Made by a program: the position numbers and the translations under genes | The notes under the pieces: generated by a model | Database searches by the model: none | The model's input: the letters and a program-made list of their open reading frames with translations, nothing else | Told to the model about the DNA's origin: nothing | Source of the DNA: Ophelia neglecta | Lineage: Eukaryota | Reading direction: 5' to 3' | NCBI GenBank assembly: GCA_965285935.1 | Contig: OZ260662.1 | Coordinates: 80,290,001-80,354,000, forward strand | Length of the DNA: 64,000 nucleotides | Shown here: positions 50,695-64,000 of the stretch, piece after piece | Position numbering within the stretch: position 1 is the stretch's first letter | Layout of the letters: each line of letters opens with the position of its first letter

Positions 50695-53600
50695 CTGAAT
50701 GATCACAGACAGAAAAATGGCAGAAATTTACCACTGATTGATAGAAACAGTGGCGTGACTAATTTCCCCTTCATGATACTTTCTGCATTACAATTCACTT
50801 GTAGGCAAACAAGCAAATCTGAAATTACCTCAGTTTTCTCATACTAGTGGTTATCAAACAATGCATGGAACAAACATGAACATTGGAGCTTTTATGCAAT
50901 GAGCTAGAAGTGAGTTATGGCAGAAACATTCAATGATATTTGATACCAGAAGATATAATAATCACAATTGGTGCCTGCACTGGTACTTCCCAAATGCTCA
51001 AATTGGCAAAATGTCACAATGAAGCGGATGGTTAAGACAGCACTTGCCATTTAATTGTGACATAAATCAGGAATGAGGCACCAGGAGGCTTGCTACCTTA
51101 CATTACATGCTGAGTTTGTAGATACATTGAGGAGAAAGGAGCCCCATGGCGACAATGCAACAGCCCTGACAGAGGAGAAATGAGAATGATCCGCACTTGG
51201 CTAGATAAAACCCATTCTGCTAAGGCACACCAGAGCCTTGGGGAAGCTATGAGAGCAACCCAGTGAATCATAAAAACTGAACTCTATAACATAAGCTGGT
51301 GGACAACCTCTACTAATATGAGGCAAATATACTGTTAGGAAGAGCAATAAATATTAAGTGTTGCTGTGCAATTTGCAAACAGAACAGTGGCCAGGATAAT
51401 ATTGCTCAGCTACGAGACAAAAAAATGGTTGGATTTCATTCCATTATGTATACATGCAAATAATGCCCTAGCACAACTGGAATAAGAGGGAGTGATGGTG
51501 GTAGGATACATGGATATGGCTACACACTGCTGCTTTACTGCCTTGTATTACACCATAGAGTGAAAGAGATACCTCTCAGGAATCTGATGAAGAATGCACA
51601 AAATGGTGAGCATTACTCTTCATGGGCCAAAAAAATGATGGGACCAACATGATCCACCATGAGTGACCTGGATCCCATAGCAGTGTTCTTCACAGAGCTG
51701 ATATGACCAGAAAGTGGATATGGCCAGCCCTGTTACAGACAGAGCCCAACTCAGTGCCACAAAAAATCACCAAAAACTCTTACCCAATTTTTTTTTGTCA
51801 AATACTTTAAAGGAATATATAATGATCCCAAACTGTACCACTGACTAGGTCCACTATAATTTTTAAATTATTGGAGGTTTCCCCAGAATGTAATTTCCTC
51901 CCATAACCTCTCCCTGCACTGCACCCATGCTGTGTGGCCTTCTCTGGGCTGCCAGGATACACTGGATGGAACACTGCTTTTCTGGGCATGTGTTGATTTG
52001 ATTACCCAGAGTAACAGCCTTTCATTTGCTCTACACTAGCTAGTTCCTACACAGATCTACCATACATGTACATGTCAGCCACTTCACAGTGGTTTATTAT
52101 CAATGCTATGCAGTAAATTGGGACAAAACAATGTGGCATTCAGAAATACATTTAGCAAAATTTCACTATCGGTTGAATAAATTAGAACTGATTTATCGGA
52201 AAGTATACAGATAGAACTATCTTGTGATATCCAATAACAACTAGTATTTTTATAGAACTGATGATGAACATTGTGAGGATGGAGAGGGACAGACAATTTA
52301 CCCCAGCCCAGCAGCTGGCCAATCAGAATGTGCCTCATGAAGGTAATGTAACTGCACACCTGTCAATCACTCTAAAAGCTCAAGGGCGGAAAGTCAGGAA
52401 AAGTCACTGTTGCCTGCCAACATTTGGCAGCATTATAAAGGATAGAATTACAGCCAAGTAAATTTATAACTGTGCTACTTAGGAAGCCTGAGAACTAAAA
52501 GTCATGTACCACACAAAATTCTAGAGACTGATACAAAAGTCTACAGACAAACACAATGTAGCCCTGATACCCCTTTCTCATACCCAAAGCTGGGAATGAT
52601 TGATGTGTGTTAATGTGTTTCAATATATTTTAATAAGTCCCCAATAGTACTAACAACTGATATCAGTAAACCATGAAGCTTTCAAAAGTAACCTGGCTGT
52701 TTATAGGTATTTAGATTCTGTTGTAACTTATAAAGACAGCTCTAACAGCTAGTTAGCACAAGCTACTGTAGGTATTATTACTCGCTTAGCATGGCATAAC
52801 ATCTCAAACAACATCTATAATAACAGTCAAATTGAATTTTCTGAAAATAGAAAGTATCTGCTGGCCACCCTCCATGGTGTTTTGTCAGCAGGTGGAGCCA
52901 CAATATGGAGTTGGTAACCTTATATCCGATAATCACCAGGAGAGAGAGAGATCAGTGAGGGGCATGGACACACAGAGGTGTCAGTCTGCTGCTACAGTGT
53001 AAATTATTCATGCAGAGCTAAAGCCAAAATGCAAACTCGAGTGGTGGAAGGCTTTAGAACAGCAGTAAATTAAATCCAAATCAAATGCATGTTCAGCAAA
53101 TAATACCCCACAACAGACTGGTAGCTACAGTCACATACACTGCATTTTTGGCCAATAATTGCATAAAGAGCTAATTTTCCAGTAGAATTGGCATGATTAT
53201 ATGCTTTACTGAAATAAAACACAACTGTGGATGCTGACACCCTTCGACCCGTCTACTTCTATAAAGTGCTGCAAAGTTTTAAATAATGATGTTCCAAAAA
53301 CATTCGAACTAAGCCTTGTCACTTTTAACAGTTTGAAAATTGAGGACAGCTATAAGGAAGCTCATGTGCTAATGCCATAGGATTTCAGTTGCCACAAAAC
53401 ACCACCCTTTTCCAGAATGAGCAAACAAGCTACAACATACTAGTACGGTACATGCAAACATTTGTAGCTGACTGCTTTCCAGCAGGTTGTCTGCTTTCCA
53501 GCAGATATACCAAATGACAGTGAGTGGGGGTCAAACATTGCAGGAAATCCTCATATATATTAGAGTGTGAAAGTCTGCTTATAATTGCAATGTCAACAAA

Positions 53601-56600
53601 TAATACAGAGCTGTCCCAAGGTCTGCCTGCAACCCCAATGGACAAATAAAATACAGTGCTCAACACAGTTCAAGGCTAAACAAAGGGAAATCCTTGGATG
53701 CCACTATTAGCATTAAGGAATTACCTGCAATAGACAGACATGTAGCCAAGTGGGAACGGCATTTGAACCTGCAGCTTTTACTAACTCTGGATCAGAAACG
53801 CTGACACATTTGTCTTGTGAACTGTATTTTGTCCTTGAGTTTCTTAGCTAGTCTAGGAGACAAAATAAGTGACTGAGAGTGGAGACATGTATGAAGATTG
53901 ACCTCGCTTACATGGTCTGCCCACCTTCTGCAGACCCTATTGATTTTGGACTGGAAATCCAAGATTAAGGTTGTTGGATGGTAGGAAATGCATATTATAG
54001 AGAAGTAGGCACTGTTAGGTCAAGTAAGGAATCAGTCTAACCTATAATTGAGATATGAACAGGGATTGCACCACAATGACTTAGTCAATGATTATGTTTT
54101 GAAGGAAGAAGTAGGCTCCCTCAGTAACATTGTGTATTAGGTTGATATTGGCCAGGTTGACCACATGAATAGTTAACTGCTTCCAAATCATTGGAAGCAC
54201 AGTGCTTAGTCCACAGGTTCAGGATCAATAGATACCTCCAAAACTAGGGTGAAACCAACCAACACAAATGCTGGAAAATGACACTATGGCTGTTTTATTC
54301 ACATAGACAAGTCTACATTTACAATGTACATGTACACACGCATGAGGTGATTTACACTACAGGTTTGATACAAATCAAGCTTAGCACATTCTGTTTTACT
54401 CCCATTAACTGTAATTTTATTAATGTCCATCTATAAATACCTGTAACATAGTTGTCTGAAGACTGATAAATAGACCTGTTTTCCTCTGTGTTGGTCACAA
54501 GCCCACACACAGAAAAAGCTACATATTTTTGGATGATCAGTCCACAAGATCCCTGTATTATCATTATCCCCATTGAATATTAGTATATAAATTGATTTAT
54601 TATCCTCTAGCAAATGAAATAAATGTACTGCTGGTAGACAATCTATCAGAGGGCAATGATCTCAATCCAGTTTAGCAATTGAATGTGATCCTATGTGGTG
54701 TGATGTCTGCTCTTGATAGAACAGTATAAACATAAAACATACACTGTACATGTACACTACAGGAGCAAAACTCATTTATGACTTACTTGAAATATAAGCA
54801 TTATATTTTAACAATTCTTAGAAAACATTACTACAATTAGACAGGCATTCATGAATACATTACACCAGATAATATAGATAACAAAGAGAAGTGTTTTGAA
54901 ATAAATTCCCAATTAATAAGTAAGAGCAGACCATCCTGCTTTCCATAAAAATCTGCTCCAAGCTCCTGACTGGTTCAATGTTATCAACAGACACTGAGAT
55001 TAGATACTCTCCAAAACCATGAGGTTCTTTGGTGTTAAGGTGGACTTCTGGGAGTCCACTTACCATAACATGTGGGTTCTCTGGACAATATTGAATTCAG
55101 CTACATGGCACATTCTATCAATAACTAAGAAAGCATATAGCATGTCCCATTTCAACCTACTTTTACAGACAATAAAATAAAATCCATTTCAAACACATTG
55201 CATAGGAAATTGCCTCAATGGTTGAATGTTAGTACATTGCACAGAGCCGGCTCTTGATTAAATGCTCGCATCATAAGTTCATTTGTGTACATCTTGCATG
55301 CACTTGTCTACAAAGACCCAAAGAAAATTTAAATAAAACTGATAGCAAATACACAAAACAACATCTGGCCTTGAAGTCATTTAGCTAATATTGCTCCAGG
55401 ATTGAATTATCCTAGAAAAAATGCTGGCAAGTACAGTATAATAGTGGGGAATGACAAGTGATGGGAACATAATCTCTCACTTTCACCAGGCAAGGGAGCG
55501 CCAAGCAGATGATCAGATATGTGACTCTGCTTTATTGTTTTAATGGATATAAAAGATAACTACCAAAAGAAATCAACACAATTTTGAAGAGGGAGAAATA
55601 TGAGACACCAGCCATTCAGTCAACCCATAGTCACCAAACATAACTTATTGCAATATATTTGACCAAATTAGTTATGCAATCCATAGGTCTCTATAGAGGA
55701 CTTTAAACAAGCAGGCTAACAAGCCTGACAGTATTTGAATGACATGCAGCAGCAGGGCACAGTATAGCCACACTGGAGTATCACCTGCTGCTGTACTCCA
55801 TTTAATGGCAATAGGACCTTTCACATTAAACAAGGCACAGCACCAGGTGTTAAATATCCTGACATGAAAGAATCACTTCAGCCTGGCCTGTGGTACATGT
55901 ACCATGTCCTTGTCCGTAGTCCCTCAAAATTCAACAAGCTGCAAGCTTTCTATTGAATATTCATTATCGAATAACTACATAAATATTGACAACTATTCTT
56001 TATTGTCAAGGTATATCTCATTTTTAGTCTTTAGGATATTTACAATGCACATGAAAATATATAGATACACTGTCTGTCATCATAGTGTACACAAGTGTGC
56101 TGCATGCACCTTACATAAAAGTGCAGTGTTGGCAGAAAGATATTTTGTGATAAGAAGTTTCTTGAACATGTTTCATAAAGGTTCCCTTTTAAGGCCAAAA
56201 AAAAATCATACAAGAAAGAATGCTTCTATCCTAGGGAGTTGTGTGACAGAATGTGCATGAAGTCAAAGTCAAGCTAAAAACTGATGACTGGTAATGAGTG
56301 TCTGCTGTGTGTGGCCCTGCCCTCAGTACACAATGGCCAAATTCACAATGGTAAAAGAATGTTATAGTGTGGTCTGAGTCTCAGGGCGAATCACCCTAGA
56401 GTGAAAACCCACCTCTCACCTTGTAACACTTGAACTGGAAGGCCAGTATGTATTTCCATATGGCATTTCTGCATATGCATCTTGTTCTTTAGGTTAGAAT
56501 TGTCCCTGTGAGAATACAAGATAACTATACCAGTATATTTATAGACCACATAATCATGTGCATATAAGCATTGCATCTCAAATTCATTATTTATTAAAAT

Positions 56601-59358
56601 ACACACAAGTGTGTTGAAATTTCTCAGGTTAATGTGGTCCAACGCAATTTTTATAGCACCAGTTGTTCTGCTGCTACCATCTTTAACTTAATAAAGTGGT
56701 TGTAGAAATGCATATGCACACTTGTGTACAACTTGAAACAAAATAAATACATACATGTACATATATGAGTTGTCTTCTCAAGAAAACATGTAGTCTAGCA
56801 TGGGACTTAACCTCAAGTATCAAATGACACACTAGGACAACATCTGCTAGAACAATAATCAAGCCAGGCTTTGTCATCACACCCCATTGGTAAATTAACA
56901 CTCAGCACCCTTTACACTTCAATACTCATTGTCTTAGCTTAGTCATAACTATAGCAAATACAGGCCACGCTCTTAGCCAAAAAATAGGAACATGTGATAT
57001 GATAATTCACATTTTGAAGAGGCTTGTTTATACAAACATGAGCTGTGGCATATCATATGGGGAAATGCCAGCTCTCAATGTTCTCCTGATACCTGAGATA
57101 AAGAGACACAAGGCAATCAGGCAAAGAACCCAGTCATAGCAGACGGATTGAATTAAATTTGCTTTCATGAAGCATTTAATCTTTAATAATTCTATGTATT
57201 GATTGCGGCCTAGTCTTCTCGTCACTTCTCCTTCAATCTGTTTGAGTATGTACAAGGATTTCAAATTCCGACCAGGTCAACACATTCAGCCGAAAAAGGC
57301 ATAGTAAAGAAGAGTGGTGGCTTTTAAGTCAGACAGTGACATTAATCATTGTGGTCAGGGGTCATGGCTTGTAACCTTCACCTACTGAAGAGATTACTCA
57401 ACACACCTTCAGCTCTCTGTCTTAATATTTCAGCTGACCTCTGTAATACTGAGCTCTGTCTTTGCCACTCATTCACACAATTGTAATATTCAGGACCATT
57501 TTGAACCCAATTTAAAGTTAGTTTTAGCTCAATAAAATTATTCTCTAATAATAACATGCATGTCATAGGAAATTCAGATTGTATCCTTGTACATTAACTT
57601 CATTTAATTGGTACATATTTTGATATGTAAACAGGCTATGTAATTACATATTCATATTAATAATTCAATGAAAGTTGTTAATGTGACATGTCATTCTAGT
57701 ATTAACAAAATAACAATTTTGAACCCAATCATACATATTGCTAAATTGCCATCATCAATGTAACACACACTTCAATTGACACGGTATGACAAGAAAGCAA
57801 TCCAAGTCAACCCAGCATCAAGATCAATGCTGCTTCAATGACATCTGAGTCAAACATCATCTTCACAGTCTCAATATTGTCAAATGATACCAGAAGAAAT
57901 CCCCCATGGCATGTTCAACTGCAGCACTGGGAACAAATGGTACGCTTTATTGGCCTGGGCAGTGTTTCTGTTAGTGAGTGTTATGTGGTACAGTCTTAAT
58001 GCCTAAGCTGATATAGTTTGAGATGCAGAGATATGTCCAGGGTTTCACAGAAACTGACACTCCCATTATTAGGCAAGCTTAAGGTAAAAGATTCATGCCA
58101 ATAGCAACCTTTTTTAATTGCTCTCTGGACTAATTGTACAAGATATCTGCTTGGTTATTATCTGGGCGCCACCATGATTATTTACAGTTAAACATCACTG
58201 AACTCGTCTACACCTTTATATGCAAGCATTTATGCCAGTCACAATTTTTTGGCAAATGAGCGACAATTTGAGAGGGGTATAAATTATTTATTATTATGTC
58301 TTGCCTAATGCAGTCTGTCTCAGGTAGACTGCAATGAAATAATTTATCCAAAGCAATGAAGAAATAAAAGCTATCAGTATATTTACTGTCCTATAACTAA
58401 TGTACACAGCTGAATATGAAAATGGCAAAAAATAACCTGGATGACAATAAACATCCAGGTATCATTTGAAATTTTTGTGTTGAGATCTCTAAAGTAGAAG
58501 GTTTCAACACAACTTGAATTTATGGTTAAGCAGTGAAATCAAACTCAAAATTACATGCAAATATGGTCCTTAATAAATTACCAACACTTCAAAGCTTGGA
58601 ATATTAGCATTATCAAGTGTAAATACTTTGCATTCAATGCTTTGTTTCAGAAAACCAGGACCTTCATATATCCTTCAATATATGTAAATAATCAATGTAG
58701 GCAAAGAGATTCTGTCCATACAATGCTCTTGAAATTGTTTACTGTTCTATATAGATAAAACTTGTTGCCAAACATTGCTTATCATTATTCACTGTCATAG
58801 ATGAAATATGCAGGTATTACCTAAATTGCATATCAATGTGTGCCTATGTAATAATGTAAGTCTTTTATTTCAGACATGTTATATTAAGCAGTTAAAAAAG
58901 AAATTTTCTGATTGTTTCATGGGAGTTAATTTTACAAGACAAACTTTGTTGACATTCAAGATATGCGCAGAGGCAGAGCAACGTTTATCTTTGCAGAACT
59001 TTTAATTCAGAATAGATGAGAGGGGATGTTTTTGAGTGACAACACATAATCCAAATGCATTTTTTCCCTCATAAACCTATTCCATAGAAACAGACATGAA
59101 GTCTGTCAGTGGACCTTTTTTTCTCCCGCACAACCGGACAAGAACTCTCTAACTGGACTGATGGAAGGTAAATAAATAAACAATAGAATAGGTCCTGTGA
59201 TTGGCTTTCTTTTCTTTACATTTGCGAATATCATCTAGCCCCTCTCAGGTCGCCAGAATACAGATTATTATATGGATGAGGAATCAATCATGACAGGGTA
59301 TGGATTTCGAAACATATCTTTCAGGGACTACTGTTGAATGCCAGTCGCTTTATATGAA

Positions 59359-59428
59359 GGCTTTTCCAGAATTTATTCCGCAGGGGGGGGGGGGGGTAAG
59401 CTGGGGGAGGACAATTTTTGGAAAAGCC
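59359..59428. repeat. Short inverted-repeat-bounded element enclosing G14 (mini-MITE-like)
   Basis: GGCTTTTCCA ... TGGAAAAGCC, 10-bp perfect terminal inverted repeat. Confidence 0.5.
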
Positions 59429-62400
59429 AAAAGCAAATATGTGGTCCCAGACATGAAGCTCCAGGATAGAGTAACTTAATTTATTTTTGTGACCAAACAT
59501 TTAATTTAGTCTATATCACAGTCAAATCTTAGAATTTATTTCCTGCATTTCATTCCCACAATTTTGGTAAATTTGCACAAATTTTCAAAATTTAAGTTCC
59601 ACAAAATAATTTTTTTTTATAGTATAGGGAATCTTACACAGGTATAGATCTATTATTTTCTTTACATGCCTGCACTCAGTGTGTAAAGGGAGATTTCTAA
59701 GTAATGACCCTCAATAACCTGTTGTGCAAAAGATTGTATACTTGTGTGTGATTGGTACATAACCCGTCTGAAATGGTCTGATCAATTTTTGTTTGGGCTA
59801 TCTTCATGAAGACTTTTAATGAGGTTCAATTCTAAAAACACAAATATAGCAGCAAACACTTTCTGAATTCCTGTCTTTGATGATGGTAGCATGAAAGTAG
59901 TACTACAATGAGTTTGTTCCCTGTAGTCACAAGAAAATCTGGTTAAAACACAATGTAACTTCAATGTCTACATTCCAATTGTTAATGATGTTGTTTTTCT
60001 CTCAAGGCATATTTAAGAAACTAGTCTAATAACCAATGAATACTAGTTGCATATAGCACTACTTTAAAAACACTTCAAAAAAGGCCAGAATGATCACTCA
60101 TAATAGGCAATAAATTGGTTGGATAATTAAGCTAGTGGTTTTCTTAATATTTCAAAGATTGGATTTTAAATAAATGTGTACCGCTCTTGTTTGTAATAAT
60201 AGCCCCCCCCCCCCCCCTGGATCAATTCATTACACTTCAGTTTCATACAATTCAACTTATTTATTTACTCTAAACAATTATCCCACCTACACAATTAACC
60301 TATATGAAGGGTATGAACAACTATTAATTCAAATAATAAAATTTGTGATTTTGCCTGTCATGATTCACCTGGCAATACTAATTAATTTTGGCTTAATGAA
60401 TTATTATAGGCATTAGAATATATTTTAATTTGTCTCAAGAACCCAGTCATAATAAGTCTTCAGGCCTGATTGGCTCAATAGTGTATCCTGATTTTCCTGC
60501 CAAAGCAAGGAGTAAGGTGCATCCCATTACAAAATCTTTATACTACACTCATTGGTGGGTCAATTGACCTAGGGTGAAAAAGGGATACAGGGTCATTACT
60601 TATAAATTGTATTGTACATGTAGCACTGGTAAGCACTAGTTTCCCTGCTGTTAGGTCTATAGCCAAACATATACATATACATGTACATATACTCATGTAA
60701 TACCTGTGTGTAGTAAAACACGTTCACTAAAAGATAACTGAAGCCAGAGCAGGCTGAGTGAGATAAATCACTAAAGACAATTAATTTGCCACTGTGGCAC
60801 ATTACTGACTGAGAATACGATGGCCATCAATTTTACATGTTAATGATGATGAGCAAATCCCAGGTGCATTACTCAGTCATAATACACAAGTGTCCTGCTG
60901 CCCTGTTTGATGCCTGTGTTTGCCTATGGAAACAATGCATAAAGATTATGAACATTTCATCTGGCTATCATATTGACAAAAATGAAATGAGTACATATGT
61001 TAATGTATAATGTACGAGATACTTTCATTGATCGTCCTTGAACAGTATGCAGGTTTTAAAATTTACTTAGCAAAACCAAAAGTGGTTAAAAATGTACACA
61101 ATGGCATGTATGTAGCTAGCATATATTCACCTTTTAAGTAAAAAATTGTCAGGTTTAAAAAAGTGCAAATTGACAGAAAACAGAATATTCCTTTTCTGAT
61201 TTAACTAATTAGTGATATCAATGATAAATAATAACTGGTGACTTCAAATAACCTCAGCCAACTGTCATTTCCCAGCAAATCATCCGTGAGAATTTATTCA
61301 TGTTCCAACAATGGCCACTAATTCAAATTCAGCACATGCTTGCTACTTTAAACCTGATTAAACCATAGTGATAAGGGAGGAGCAATCAAATGTTCTGGCA
61401 AAAGCTGGTCTCCCAGGATGGGTATGACAGAAAGGAATATGAATCATTTCCTTTCTAATACCATGAGCCTTTACTTGCTAATACATGACTGGCACAAAAT
61501 ACAACAAATGTGCTACGATTTGATCAAATGTAACTGAATCTGCAGAATACACTCAAGTACCTGAACACTAGCCCAAGCGCCATTGATTAGGACACAATGA
61601 AGGAATATTCAGCCTTCCTCCAAGGCTCCACAAAATAGCCCCATCGGGGTGGTGAAGCACTTACAAAGAAGGGGTGGCTGCCAGGGTAATGAGAAAGGCA
61701 GCAGAGCAGCCACTTGCACATATTGATTCTTAACAACTGAGACCATCAACAAAATTAACAACAAATGGCTTTAAACATCATAAAACAGTAGCTAAATGGC
61801 ATTCACTAGACTATCTAAATTACATTATATTTTGCTAACTTCTTTTTACATCAAAAACACTTGTATTCTATTGAAAATGTAAAACTCAAACACTCTTCTT
61901 TATAATCAAGAGTACCATTTTTCTTGGGATGAACATTTTTTCTTTCACAAAACCATATTGCAGCTAACCTTGCTTTTCCATCCTAAACCAATATCTGTGT
62001 GTAAAGCTGAGCACACCAAAGAATGTTTCCATGTTTCCTGTAGCTAACTGTGATGAATTAACACAATCAATGATTACCGAGCTTTGTACTTCAGAGCCAG
62101 AAAGACACTGAATGATTTGGAAGAAAATGTGAGAAAAAGCTGGTAGCAGACAAGAATGATCAAGTATGGAATGGAGAATGGCTTCGAGAGATTAATGTGA
62201 TGTTGTATTGAAAGGCTGTTGAGAGTGATTGAAATGATCAGATTCAGTCTGGCTCACACAGCAAAGGTCTGCAGAGTAGTGGAAACACACTATGTACAGT
62301 TTGTTAATAGATCTTCCATTATAAATAAATATACATACAGTGACAGCACAGGCAGAGATCTACCGATATTATGTCTCCCAGCATCCTGGGTTTATTTGGT

Positions 62401-64000
62401 TAATTTTGAGGAGTGAGTTATCCTGCCACAGCTCTCCAAGGCTTAGTAATGCCTCCAGCTTAACCCAAGGCTGATGTGCAATGAAGGAATCATCACAGGC
62501 CTGTAAACTCTCTGGAATAAAGAGTCTGCAGCTAGACTGACTTATCCTGATAAACTAGCAATGCAACCAGCTTGTTAGCAATATTAGGAGTAAAGACTGC
62601 ACTTTAGAAGTGGCGTTCATTTTTAAAATGGACTACCAGACTGCTAGATGAACTTGTAATGCACATATATATTTACATGTAAAACATGCACTTTTTCAGT
62701 GTGCAAGAACATGAACACGTACATTGTATGTGCAGGCTTTGCATCATTTTAAGGGCCTTATATAAATAAAAGAAATTGGGTTGTAATCTGTTGAATTACA
62801 GTTGCATGTTCTGGCTTTGGAAGATGTGAAAATTGACAATTAATGGAATAAAGTGGTTATCAAGATAATGTGCGGACCTTGTGTCAATGAATAGAATGTG
62901 CATGGCATCTGACAAGGGTCAGCCCTACAGAGCACTCCTATGACCAAGAGAGAGAAGGCAGAGTCGCAGTGACAAAGCGCTGAATCATGAACGCATCATC
63001 ATTACTTTGACGCCTATCCATTTAATTTAAAGGGGATGAGACTACTTGCATTGCCATTTCATGCAAATTTATCGGTGCTTTATTTGCCAAATAGCTGACT
63101 TAACAGATAAATGTAAAAATGGAAGCATTGGCAAACATTCACCTTCTGAAGTGAACCTTGATATTAAAACAGCCAATAAGGCAAACAGAAATTGATACAA
63201 GCATGAGTGGTATTGTCCTTCTAAAAAATAATCTCTACCATTGATTTGTAGGCCCAGTATTAAGCTCTTTGTGCCCATAAGCTCATTTTAATTTTCAAAT
63301 ATATATTGCTGGCTAATTATAAACTGTAGCAACCTCAAAAAAAGCACCTGAAATGAAATTACATGACTGATGCTCACAGGAAGTTGACTTCCACAATTAT
63401 ATGTACTGTTTATGTAGATGTACCTCACTTGAGAATAATATGCTGTTAACTGGAATCTATGTACATGTACATGAACATGTACAAGCAGGTATTGCTGTTG
63501 AGCCTATACTTTACTATTTGATATGCCTCGGACTATTTCAATTTGAAGGTACACAGTCCATGCTTTCCCTTTTATTCCTTCCAGTTTTCTTAATTCACTT
63601 ATACAGTGCTCTGGATTACAGGCATATAGCCAGGTACATATAACTGAATTTATAAACAAAATTTTCAATTCTAATAGAATAATTTAGGAACAGACCCAGT
63701 TATTCTGAACAGTTAAAAGGACAAGTGTGTACAAAATGACTTTGTTTTAAGTGTATATGAGTGTATGTTTGTACAATCCTACAGAGCTTTATTCAGTTTT
63801 AGAAATTAGGTTATGAATATACTTCAAACAGATGCCTGAGAAAACATACAGGTCAGAGTTGTGCTCTTGTTCCTGGCTGTTGCTGGAAAAGATTGCTGTT
63901 TGATTATAATTTCTGGTAAGGGTTAGGTTTAAGCTGATAACACAGCCAGTTAATTTGTGATCTATAGGGTGACAACTGCTATCTTCAATAGGTATAAGCA

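Noticed and set aside
63459-63482. TACATG-type short repeats (also about 60668-60692 and scattered)
   Set aside because: Common low-complexity motif; no evidence of function
1-64000. CRISPR arrays, tRNA/rRNA, snoRNAs, intact transposase or reverse-transcriptase ORFs, prokaryotic operons
   Set aside because: None seen by eye; the sequence is an intron-rich animal gene. tRNAscan-SE and Infernal/Rfam would be needed to exclude small RNAs formally

Overview
Animal (invertebrate-like) genomic DNA, AT-rich and strongly CpG-depleted, with TACATG motifs and G/C homopolymers. This suggests a lophotrochozoan or invertebrate deuterostome, but the taxon cannot be fixed from the sequence. The window is dominated by one large minus-strand gene, an RERE/atrophin (atrophin-2/EGL-27-like) transcriptional corepressor. 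I read ten GT-AG coding exons by hand (48765 down to 5011; 1080 nt, about 360 aa, phases consistent throughout). They encode the BAH, ELM2 and SANT domains and the start of the GATA-type zinc finger. The start exon and the 3' exons were not found and are probably outside the window. Nearly all ORFs in the supplied track are spurious. The most interesting signals are intronic. (i) A CpG-rich internal promoter-like element with a TATA/MEF2 box, whose exon ends in ATG|GTAAAC and would splice in frame to give a short atrophin lacking BAH/ELM2 and most of SANT. (ii) Further CpG islands with minus-strand donors in the same and later introns. (iii) A candidate poison exon and a candidate 36-nt exon. 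(iv) A five-half-site DR1 nuclear-receptor array plus other NR elements, in a gene that encodes an NR corepressor. (v) Two hairpins and degenerate MITE-like remnants. All regulatory and isoform calls are motif-based inferences that need RNA or conservation data.
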